DNA of 61,926 nucleotides. Origin: a virus (Duplodnaviria > Caudoviricetes). Under the pieces are notes generated by a model. That model was not told where the DNA came from. It saw only the letters and a list, made by a program, of their open reading frames with translations, and did not search any database. The stretch spans positions 1 through 61,926 of IMG/VR virus record IMGVR_UViG_3300020042_007772; one strand, written 5' to 3'. The translations under genes and the position numbers were made by a program. This document shows, piece by piece, positions 55,420-61,926 of this stretch (the stretch's first letter is position 1; each line of letters starts with the position of its first letter).

Positions 55420-55656
55420 TTAGGTAATCGAGAACGACGCCCTTACCTGAGTTGGAGTCTGCAATACTTGTGTTCTGACCGTCTTGTTAGGGAAAGCCTG
55501 ATACAAAAATTGAGAACCAAATTCAGTTCGTGCCTGGAGTGATCCCCAAAGAATTTTGGTATCATCAAATGCGACCTGTGCGGCGTCTGCTGATGCCACG
55601 CTGGCTACTGTGTTGCCGTTGGCATAACGAGTAGCAGTGAGAGTTTTAATTGCCAT
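55420..55656 (-). CDS. Small protein (78 aa), possibly structural
   Basis: Ala/Thr-rich; ends at the bidirectional terminator. Confidence 0.6.
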   Translation of the reverse strand: MAIKTLTATRYANGNTVASVASADAAQVAFDDTKILWGSLQARTEFGSQFLYQAFPNKTVRTQVLQTPTQVRASFSIT

Positions 55657-55751
55657 CTTACGAAGAGTGTTTAAGTTGGCCGGAAATTTAAGAAGATTTT
55701 AGTAATCTCGCAATTTTATTTTGTGCCGCAATCGCCTTTGCTCGGCTGCCA

Positions 55752-55979
55752 CTATTCAACCGGATCCACCACCTCATGTCCGCCAATGTTGTCCAATGCC
55801 GTCTCAAACCAACTCTTCTCATTCTTAGCCCTCCAGGTTTCGTCCACGTTTAAGAGTAGCTGAAAGATGGCTTGGTGATAAGAATTCGTTTCACGGTCCA
55901 TTCTATTGCGGTACTCCGCATTGAGGTTGTCCATCCCTGCGGACAAGGCTTTTGTTTTGAATTGTTGTTCTTCTGTCAT
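55752..55979 (-). CDS. Hypothetical protein
   Basis: ATG ORF in the minus-strand chain. Confidence 0.6.
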   Translation of the reverse strand: MTEEQQFKTKALSAGMDNLNAEYRNRMDRETNSYHQAIFQLLLNVDETWRAKNEKSWFETALDNIGGHEVVDPVE

Positions 55980-55991
55980 AATGTTGCAATA

Positions 55992-56192
55992 TTATATTCG
56001 ATGTCCCATGTTCCCCACTTTCTTTCGACCAGACCAAGGATTTGCCACACGAGGGTCAAAGTTCCGGTAGCCCAGTTCTCGCAATTCGTCGCACTTAGCA
56101 CGACAACCGGCTTCGGACAGGTTCTTCACCGTCAGATTCGGCAAGTGCTTGGTTCCCTTCGGCCCTTTGGCGTAGAGTGTGTATGTGGTCAT
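55992..56192 (-). CDS. Hypothetical basic protein
   Basis: ATGA-coupled. Confidence 0.55.
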   Translation of the reverse strand: MTTYTLYAKGPKGTKHLPNLTVKNLSEAGCRAKCDELRELGYRNFDPRVANPWSGRKKVGNMGHRI

Positions 56193-56413
56193 CTTGGTAT
56201 CGCTATTCGTATGTACTCATTGCCTAGTCTTCTTTCCACAAATCCCTCTAACACACCCAATGCCAACAACACCTTGGCGTTGTGAACCCGATGCTCATAC
56301 GGCAACCGTTCCTCTAACACCCAGACAGGATTGAGTTCACGGGATGCCTTGGTAAGTTCCGCTTTCGGTTTGAGCGATGCGGCTAGAGTTTGAAGGAATG
56401 GAAGGTGGTTCAT
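56189..56413 (-). CDS. Hypothetical protein
   Basis: ATGA-coupled. Confidence 0.55.
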   Translation of the reverse strand: MNHLPFLQTLAASLKPKAELTKASRELNPVWVLEERLPYEHRVHNAKVLLALGVLEGFVERRLGNEYIRIAIPR

Positions 56414-56437
56414 AAAAAAAGGCCCATTTTCAGGGCC
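56414..56437 (-). terminator. Terminator after the SSB-like gene
   Basis: GGCCC/GGGCC stem followed by T7 on the minus strand. Confidence 0.6.
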
Positions 56438-56445
56438 GTTGTAAA

Positions 56446-56769
56446 CTAGAATGGCAAATCACTATTATCTTCTGGGCGTGGAACAAACGCCGGTGCCGGT
56501 GCCGGTGCTGCCGATGCGCCTTCCTTCTTCCAGGCATTCACATTGTTGTACCATTTACCGTTGTACTCATTGGCCTTGGTTTCAAAGTGAATAGTACACT
56601 CTTCGCCCAATGTCACCGATACTTTGTCGTTGAACACATCGAAAACCAGTGATTTCGGGTACTGCGGCCCTTGTTCTGTAATGACGGCCTGAAACTTGTT
56701 CCATTCGCCTTTTGCCCCCGTTCCGGTAACAACTGCTCCGACGTGAGTGATAATTCCTTTAATCTGCAT
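56446..56769 (-). CDS. DUF3127 family OB-fold protein (SSB-like)
   Basis: KGEW.K...VI....QYPK...F...NDK, EYNGKWYNNVNAWK, acidic DLPF tail. Confidence 0.88.
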   Translation of the reverse strand: MQIKGIITHVGAVVTGTGAKGEWNKFQAVITEQGPQYPKSLVFDVFNDKVSVTLGEECTIHFETKANEYNGKWYNNVNAWKKEGASAAPAPAPAFVPRPEDNSDLPF

Positions 56770-56788
56770 ACGTTAATTATTAAAAATT

Positions 56789-56848
56789 CAAAGATAAAAT
56801 ACGAGTTGTAGCTAGCAAGCCATTTTCGACGAAATGAGGTTATTTTCC
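56789..56848 (-). promoter_or_regulatory. Promoter TTG-N19-TATCTTTG with upstream TTTCGTCGAA box; repeat copy 1
   Basis: Consensus elements at 56816-56818 and 56789-56796; box at 56825-56834. Confidence 0.7.
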
Positions 56849-58246
56849 GATGGATTCCTGGATTGCCTTAAATATCTGAAACGCAACCTGGGGAACGATG
56901 GCATTGCCTGCTGCCTTTATGGATTCGTTTCGGTGCCACGCTTCAAATTTTGTAACTGCGGCTTCAAATCTCCTCGCTGCCAATGCAACTTCATGTGGCA
57001 AGAATGACAAAGAGTTTCCAAATTGCTCGGCTCGTTGTTTTCCCAATTCCTGTCCTTGTGGTGAACATCTAAATTCTTTATGTTTCCGCAAATGCTGCAA
57101 GATTGGTTCACAAAATTTCTCGCTATACGGTGATAATATCCTTTGCTCTGACCCTCTGGCCGAATATAATTGCATTGTTTGGAACAATATATCCTTTGAT
57201 TCCAACGAGTAAAGTCCTCTAATCTGTTCCCAAATCTCCTTCTGTTGAATAATTCCCCACACTTCTTGCAGATTTTTGATTCTGTTTTTTTCGCTTGTGT
57301 AGCTATTGGTATCATAAAATTGATTTACCACAAATCTAAGTAATTTATTGGAAACCCCATCATCTCGCATACGAAGTGGTGCGACAGTTGGGAAATTTGC
57401 CCAGTTGGATATTCCTGCTGAACTACCGCACAGAGGTAGTCCTTGTCCAACATATGCTTGTGGCTCTTGCTTCCAATAGGTCCCGTTCCTTTCCATTCGC
57501 TTGCTCGTGGTGTCGGCAGCATCCCGTTGAAGTCCATGTAATCCATCAACCCATTCGGTCTGTTCGCTCCGTTTTTCCGACTCGCCATTGTTTCCGCTCC
57601 CGTCTCTTTTAATGCCTTGACTCTCTCCGCATGATGAATATCGCTTGCTATTGGAGTCGGCAACAACCCCATATTTGCTGCTGTTTTCAAAGGATTTCCC
57701 GAATGCTTGCCTCTCGCATTTGTTGTGTTTGTGTCTGATCCCCCTCCGGTTGATGCATTTGGAGTGGGCAACAAACCAAACTCGATCTCTTCTATGCGGA
57801 GCGTTGACACCGCAAGCTGGCAGTACAAACGGGAATACTTCGTACCCCGCAGCTTCCAAGTCAGTTTGCACTTCGTGGAATACCAACCCTCCTGACCAAT
57901 TAACAAGGCCGAGAACATTTTCGCCCACAATCCAACTTGGCTGAACTTCTCTAATGACTCTAAGCATTTCCGGCCAGAGGTGTCTATCATCTTCTTTGCC
58001 AAGTCTTTTTCCGGCTGCGGAGTAGGGTTGGCAGGGAAACCCTCCTGTGAGAATATCAATTCTGTTTGCATATTTTGTAAAATCTGTTTTTGTTATGTCT
58101 CCGAATCCTTCCGCTTCTGGAAAGTGATGTTTTAATACTTTCTGACCAAATTCATTCCACTCGCACCAGGCAAGCGTTTCCCAACCCATCCACCGGGCAG
58201 CAAGGCTAAAACCGCCTATGCCCTCAAATAATCCTAAGTGTGTCAT
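56840..58246 (-). CDS. DNA cytosine-5 methyltransferase, alpha chain (lacks motif IX)
   Basis: Motif I LFEGIGG, IV GGFPCQ, VI ENV, VIII HRRDRVW, X AAGNAIVPQVA. Confidence 0.92.
   Translation of the reverse strand: MTHLGLFEGIGGFSLAARWMGWETLAWCEWNEFGQKVLKHHFPEAEGFGDITKTDFTKYANRIDILTGGFPCQPYSAAGKRLGKEDDRHLWPEMLRVIREVQPSWIVGENVLGLVNWSGGLVFHEVQTDLEAAGYEVFPFVLPACGVNAPHRRDRVWFVAHSKCINRRGIRHKHNKCERQAFGKSFENSSKYGVVADSNSKRYSSCGESQGIKRDGSGNNGESEKRSEQTEWVDGLHGLQRDAADTTSKRMERNGTYWKQEPQAYVGQGLPLCGSSAGISNWANFPTVAPLRMRDDGVSNKLLRFVVNQFYDTNSYTSEKNRIKNLQEVWGIIQQKEIWEQIRGLYSLESKDILFQTMQLYSARGSEQRILSPYSEKFCEPILQHLRKHKEFRCSPQGQELGKQRAEQFGNSLSFLPHEVALAARRFEAAVTKFEAWHRNESIKAAGNAIVPQVAFQIFKAIQESIGK
56917..57315 (-). 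CDS. Zn-finger HNH endonuclease nested in an alternate frame of the MTase gene
   Basis: CKKC...YCSKQC; CSICG...DVHHKDRNWENNEPSNLETLCHSCHMKLH. Confidence 0.88.
   Translation of the reverse strand: MIPIATQAKKTESKICKKCGELFNRRRFGNRLEDFTRWNQRIYCSKQCNYIRPEGQSKGYYHRIARNFVNQSCSICGNIKNLDVHHKDRNWENNEPSNLETLCHSCHMKLHWQRGDLKPQLQNLKRGTETNP
57325..58071 (-). CDS. Methyltransferase beta chain in alternate frame (carries motif IX)
   Basis: Three (L/M)LPTP repeats; QLSHHFVCEMMGFP is motif IX-like; A-rich leader TTTTACAAAAT-ATG. Confidence 0.8.
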   Translation of the reverse strand: MQTELIFSQEGFPANPTPQPEKDLAKKMIDTSGRKCLESLEKFSQVGLWAKMFSALLIGQEGWYSTKCKLTWKLRGTKYSRLYCQLAVSTLRIEEIEFGLLPTPNASTGGGSDTNTTNARGKHSGNPLKTAANMGLLPTPIASDIHHAERVKALKETGAETMASRKNGANRPNGLMDYMDFNGMLPTPRASEWKGTGPIGSKSHKHMLDKDYLCAVVQQEYPTGQISQLSHHFVCEMMGFPINYLDLW

Positions 58247-58253
58247 ATACCCA

Positions 58254-58313
58254 CAAAACTACAATACTTGCTTAACTAGCAATTACACCTTCGACCAAAT
58301 GACGTTATTTCCC
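58254..58313 (-). promoter_or_regulatory. Promoter TTG-N18-TAGTTTTG with upstream TTTGGTCGAA box; repeat copy 2
   Basis: Elements at 58280-58282 and 58254-58261; box at 58290-58299; 58290-58313 is 21/24 identical to 56825-56848. Confidence 0.68.
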
Positions 58314-58374
58314 CACAAAAAAGCCCCCATCAAAGACAAGGGCGTTTTTCAAATTGTTAACCATAAAAAAAAAC

Positions 58375-58554
58375 CTAGCTTTCTTTTTCCCTCACCTTAT
58401 ACCAATCCCCCTTCTCGTCTTTCCAATAGCTGCCACACTTGTGGTAATCATACGAGTTGTTCTTGCGCCATCTTAGCCCTAGCCGTATGGCTTCTTTGCG
58501 AGATATGACAATCTCAAATTCGTGGAGCAGGTAAAGGTAAATACGTCGTATCAT
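58375..58554 (-). CDS. Hypothetical protein (59 aa, MIRRIYLYLL...)
   Basis: ATGA overlap with 58551-58736; my translation; below the ORF-track cutoff. Confidence 0.55.
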   Translation of the reverse strand: MIRRIYLYLLHEFEIVISRKEAIRLGLRWRKNNSYDYHKCGSYWKDEKGDWYKVREKES

Positions 58555-58736
58555 AGTTGTTCTTCTGGTGATACAGCGTCCGTCATAATTCCAAATATCT
58601 CGTTAATCATGCTTTGCTGAAATCCTTCTATCCGCAAGGCTTCCTGAATGGCATTACGGAAGGCCCATGGATATACGCAGTTTTCGGTATCAATGATGAC
58701 TTCCGCTTGTTCTTTTCGTTCAATGATTATTCTCAT
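58551..58736 (-). CDS. Hypothetical protein
   Basis: ATGA-coupled. Confidence 0.6.
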   Translation of the reverse strand: MRIIIERKEQAEVIIDTENCVYPWAFRNAIQEALRIEGFQQSMINEIFGIMTDAVSPEEQL

Positions 58737-58927
58737 TTCTTATTCCTATATTCGTATTCACTATAAATCTCCACCTTACACCATTCCCTGATATGCTTAG
58801 CAATATCGCAGGCGTTGGTCATTTTTCGACAATCTTCCACCAAAGCGTGGGTCATGTTTGGCGACAAGCCGCTGTAAAACACGGCCTCATTGCCATTCTC
58901 CAAAATAAACGTCATTTTAGTTAGCAT
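58733..58927 (-). CDS. Hypothetical protein
   Basis: Coupled chain. Confidence 0.55.
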   Translation of the reverse strand: MLTKMTFILENGNEAVFYSGLSPNMTHALVEDCRKMTNACDIAKHIREWCKVEIYSEYEYRNKK

Positions 58928-59243
58928 TTTCTTCTCTCTGCTCCTCTAAAAAGTTAAACTTCTCCATATGATCAAAGAACCGTTGCTTCATGTCACTGTC
59001 CATCGAATGAATCTGGCGAACGAGGCTATAAAGCATTTCGTTCACCTCAATCTCCAAGTCCCTGTGTTCTTTTCGCAAAAGCAAATGTAGGTGTTTTTCA
59101 AACCGGTTGGCAGCGTTAATTAGCTGGTTTGTCACCTGGTTCAATGCCGGTGAGAACCGCTTGTTAGGATCGTGTTTGAGAACGTCCCCTTGAATTGTCA
59201 CCCCTTTCACGAAGGAGCAAAAAAGTGAATATTCGTTTGTCAT
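58917..59243 (-). CDS. Hypothetical helical protein
   Basis: ATG just downstream of a TATGTTTG element. Confidence 0.65.
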   Translation of the reverse strand: MTNEYSLFCSFVKGVTIQGDVLKHDPNKRFSPALNQVTNQLINAANRFEKHLHLLLRKEHRDLEIEVNEMLYSLVRQIHSMDSDMKQRFFDHMEKFNFLEEQREENAN

Positions 59244-59247
59244 AATT

Positions 59248-59315
59248 CAAACATATAACCACCACCCCAACCTACCACTATCACTTCGACCAAATCCCGT
59301 TCTCACTCGACTAAA
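59248..59315 (-). promoter_or_regulatory. -7 element TATGTTTG with tandem TCGAC boxes 21 bp apart
   Basis: TATGTTTG at 59248-59255; + strand TCGACCAAA at 59286 and TCGACTAAA at 59307. Confidence 0.55.
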
Positions 59316-59342
59316 AGAAAAGAGGAGGCCATAAACCTCCTC
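59313..59342 (-). terminator. Terminator downstream of the terminase gene
   Basis: GAGGAGG/CCTCCTC stem followed by TTTTCTTTT on the minus strand. Confidence 0.65.
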
Positions 59343-59375
59343 CTTTGCACACATCTTTAAATTCAACCCTTAAAA

Positions 59376-59534
59376 CTATTTTTCACCACCAAATATACGG
59401 CGATTAACTTCACTCATCACCGCTATATTTCCTTCACGCATTGCCACAATCAACACGCAACGCCAAGCCTTGCGCTCATCCTTGACAATAGCCAGGTAGT
59501 CCCGCCACAACCTAAACCACTCGTTGTCTAACAC
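59376..59534 (-). CDS. Possible small protein (52 aa, GTG start)
   Basis: My translation (V/M)LDNEWFRLWRDYLAIVKDE...; overlaps the terminase stop. Confidence 0.35.
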   Translation of the reverse strand: MLDNEWFRLWRDYLAIVKDERKAWRCVLIVAMREGNIAVMSEVNRRIFGGEK

Positions 59535-61278
59535 GCCGGTTCATTACATGGTCCATCGTATCCATCTCCCTCTCTTCCTCCATTGCCTCTAGCACAGCGC
59601 TGGCATCGCTTCCCCGAAAGAATGGGCTACTCATATCCGTCATTCCCCACTCAGCCTTGTGGACTTGCATCAGGCTCATCGTATCATCATACTTGGTTCG
59701 GTTCGTGTTGTCAAAATCCATCATATCCTGGACTGTCTCAATAAAAGGCAACCGCCGAATATCGTCCACTATCCGGTACTTACACTCCTTCAAATAGTCA
59801 CTCTCTCCTTCCACAAAATTATTAATCAACTCCATGCACTCAACTGCCAGGTCTGGGTTCATGTAAATCCCCCGGTTGATATAGTCCACATTGCTCACAT
59901 CCACTCCATTCTTCATCTCCGCCGTAGTGAGCATCATCTCGGCAAAACCCTTGGCCATAAAATACTGCTCCATTCCATTCACGTTCCTCTCCAACGCCAC
60001 CGGCATACCGTAAAATATACTGGCCTTCAACACATCCTCATAGAATATCTTCATACTCGTTGGCCGTGCGTGGTAACGCAAAAATATTGATGGCGTAGGC
60101 CAGTAACCCGCCCGATCCCGACCATACAACTCCTTATACACTTTATTGGCCCTCTCCACCTCCAAATTAAAATACAACTTCCCATGCGCCGATCCACTAC
60201 TACACCTCTTAGCATCCTGGACATTGGCACTGCCGTACGGATCCACCCCAATCACCCCAAGCTTCCTGTTGATCGGCCTCCACCCTCCTTGCGTTTCGGT
60301 GATCATGTTGCACATATCACTGGGCGGAAACCAACTCACCCAAAACCGGCCAGACTTATCATCCTCGGCCCATGCCACCTTCCGCTCTGCTTTGTCCAAA
60401 TAAACAAAATTACCCCGTTGCCATAATACCGGTAACTCCTCCAACCTTCGTTTCACTTCCGACAAAATCATCAAGTTGAAATGACAGTTCGTATTGTTAT
60501 TATCAAACGCCTCCTGCACCGTCCACGGTTCCTGCCGCTTTAGCTTCTGCAATCCTTCGCTATCGCCATCAGCCTCCAGCCTTGCTCGTTCTGCCGCCTG
60601 GTATTCCCTAGCCCCCTGCCTCACCTTTGCCCCATACCGGGCTTGCATCCATGCCCACTGCTCATCCGTTGGATAATCAATTATACTATCACCATACTCG
60701 TCTATAAACTCATCATAGCCGTCATATGCCGGTATGAACAAACTCCACAATCCCTTCACCGTAGACCCATTCTTTATCTTGCGTGTATCTGCCTGGGCAT
60801 ACAACTTCCTAAACTGTTCCACATTCTTGCCCATCTCCTCCACCGTGCTTGTAATAAACGCATACCCCACCTTCCGTGGCCCCTGCTTTAAACACCGCAA
60901 ATGCGTAGCCCAGTAATCCACCACGTTCTTATCACTCCACTTAGCTGCCTCATCCATATACAGGTAAGCTAGCTTCTTACCGTCAAAACTCTTACCCGTC
61001 GGTGGTTTGGTATATACCTTACCGTTCTTAGCCTCGTTCTTTGTCTTACCACCATCCTTGGGCATCAACCTCAACTCCTTTGTCTGCAACGCCGTATTGT
61101 GTATCGGCTTCAACCACTCCGGCAACGAAAAGAACGGCATTTTCACAAAGTCCATCAAAGCCTCCTGGGCTTGGCTATCATTGTGACTCGTAATACCACT
61201 ATCACGCTTGAACCCCGCACTCGTAAACCAAAACGCCAGCATACCCCCATCCGTACTCGCTCCATCCCTTCTTCGCAT
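59512..61278 (-). CDS. terL: Terminase large subunit (crAss-like), N-terminus missing
   Basis: RRRDGAST Walker A-like, SFDGKKL..LYMDEAAKW Walker B, ITSTVEE, LFIPAY, GVDPY nuclease, ERN, TKYDDTMS. Confidence 0.9.
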   Translation of the reverse strand: MRRRDGASTDGGMLAFWFTSAGFKRDSGITSHNDSQAQEALMDFVKMPFFSLPEWLKPIHNTALQTKELRLMPKDGGKTKNEAKNGKVYTKPPTGKSFDGKKLAYLYMDEAAKWSDKNVVDYWATHLRCLKQGPRKVGYAFITSTVEEMGKNVEQFRKLYAQADTRKIKNGSTVKGLWSLFIPAYDGYDEFIDEYGDSIIDYPTDEQWAWMQARYGAKVRQGAREYQAAERARLEADGDSEGLQKLKRQEPWTVQEAFDNNNTNCHFNLMILSEVKRRLEELPVLWQRGNFVYLDKAERKVAWAEDDKSGRFWVSWFPPSDMCNMITETQGGWRPINRKLGVIGVDPYGSANVQDAKRCSSGSAHGKLYFNLEVERANKVYKELYGRDRAGYWPTPSIFLRYHARPTSMKIFYEDVLKASIFYGMPVALERNVNGMEQYFMAKGFAEMMLTTAEMKNGVDVSNVDYINRGIYMNPDLAVECMELINNFVEGESDYLKECKYRIVDDIRRLPFIETVQDMMDFDNTNRTKYDDTMSLMQVHKAEWGMTDMSSPFFRGSDASAVLEAMEEEREMDTMDHVMNRRVRQRVV

Positions 61279-61280
61279 AC

Positions 61281-61380
61281 CTGGAAACCTGGAAACGCTG
61301 GTACCGGTACCGACCGCTGGAAACCTGGTTAACGACGACCGACCGACCGCATAAACCGACCGACCGACCGACCGAAACCA
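61281..61380. repeat. Low-complexity tandem repeats (CTGGAAAC x3, CCGA arrays)
   Basis: CTGGAAACCTGGAAAC...CTGGAAAC; ACCGACCGACCG and ACCGACCGACCGACCGACCGA. Confidence 0.8.
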
Positions 61381-61926
61381 GCCACAAAAAACCGGATTAA
61401 AAAACCAGATCGGGAGTGCAAACCAGACCGCAAAAAACAGGTAAAGCAACAGGCCAAACCAGACATGAGATCACGCAGAAACTAGCGACAAACCAGGTCA
61501 CGCAAATTGCATTTTTTCAAGAACCACCCGGTTGCCGAAAAACGGTTTCGGACGTGGATTTTTTGGGGGGGGATTGTCTGTGCATACCCCAACCTTGCAT
61601 TACATAGTACCTTGTATCATTATGGCAAAACACCACTTTTTATTTTTTTTTCAAAAAGTCTTGTAATTGCTTTTTTTAATTATTCCAAGACATATACTTC
61701 TCTTACTCTAAGAATAGTACAATTTTGCCATCAATAGGCTTTTTAAAAAAAAAAAAATTTTTTCGTAGCTTGGTATGATGAAAGTCACCAGCCGAAGCAC
61801 CGCCCGTATACAGTCTACTGCTAGTGGGGAGATTGTACTATTTCAAGATAACATACTAAATATAAGCACTGCATTTAAGGGGGGTGCGGGGGGTGTAAAA
61901 GGTGGCTATCTGAGGGCCGACCAATG

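Larger units (their letters stand above)
1..61926. mobile_element. Partial genome of a crAss-related podovirus-like phage, probable Bacteroidota host
   Basis: Terminase, portal, major capsid, tail fibre, endolysin, primase-helicase and many small early genes; TAnnTTTG promoters; no host housekeeping genes and no integrase seen. Confidence 0.93.

Noticed and set aside
56917-57324. Intein or group I intron as the explanation for the MTase insert
   Set aside because: The HNH is in a different frame from the MTase, so it is not an intein. I see no C/S...HN-C/S/T splice pattern, and there is no spare non-coding sequence for an intron core.
61281-61380. CRISPR-like array
   Set aside because: Repeat units are 4-8 nt with no unique spacers, and there are no cas genes
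61279-61449. Hydrophobic N-terminal extension making TerL membrane-anchored
   Set aside because: It is a translation of low-complexity repeats upstream of a probable junction
1-61926. Stop-codon reassignment as in some crAss-like phages
   Set aside because: Long genes are intact in the standard code, TAA, TAG and TGA all end genes, and no suppressor tRNA was found

Overview
The whole window is most of the genome of a tailed dsDNA phage, probably a podovirus infecting a Bacteroidota host. Host evidence: TAnnTTTG promoters, A-rich leaders without Shine-Dalgarno sequences, and DUF3127 and LytTR genes. Layout: (1) 1-12.7 kb, small early genes, secreted/lipoprotein genes, a Rad52-like annealase with exonuclease, GroES-like, LytTR and a metzincin protease; (2) 12.7-49.0 kb on the minus strand, one long late block of crAss-like type (ring proteins, two giant probable ejection/polyvalent proteins, ferritin, muzzle-like protein, portal, scaffold, major capsid protein, tail fibre, M15 endolysin); (3) 49-55.4 kb, VRR-NUC, SF2 helicase, primase-polymerase/VirE and a glycosyltransferase-like/methyltransferase block; (4) 55.4-61.3 kb on the minus strand, SSB-like gene, a C5 DNA methyltransferase locus and a 5'-truncated large terminase. 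I recognised no virion RNA polymerase, DNA polymerase or integrase. Both contig ends look rearranged: an inverted duplication at the left and a broken terminase gene at the right. The most striking feature is the methyltransferase locus (56840-58246). One open alpha frame holds, in a second frame, a motif-IX beta subunit followed by a complete zinc-finger HNH endonuclease, and the locus is flanked by ~60-bp degenerate promoter repeats. Other candidates for novelty are a 57-nt tRNA-like mini-element ending in ACCA and a set of late proteins built from modules separated by a recurring KAxDG/AKNG motif. All family assignments come from motif recognition by eye, not from database searches.
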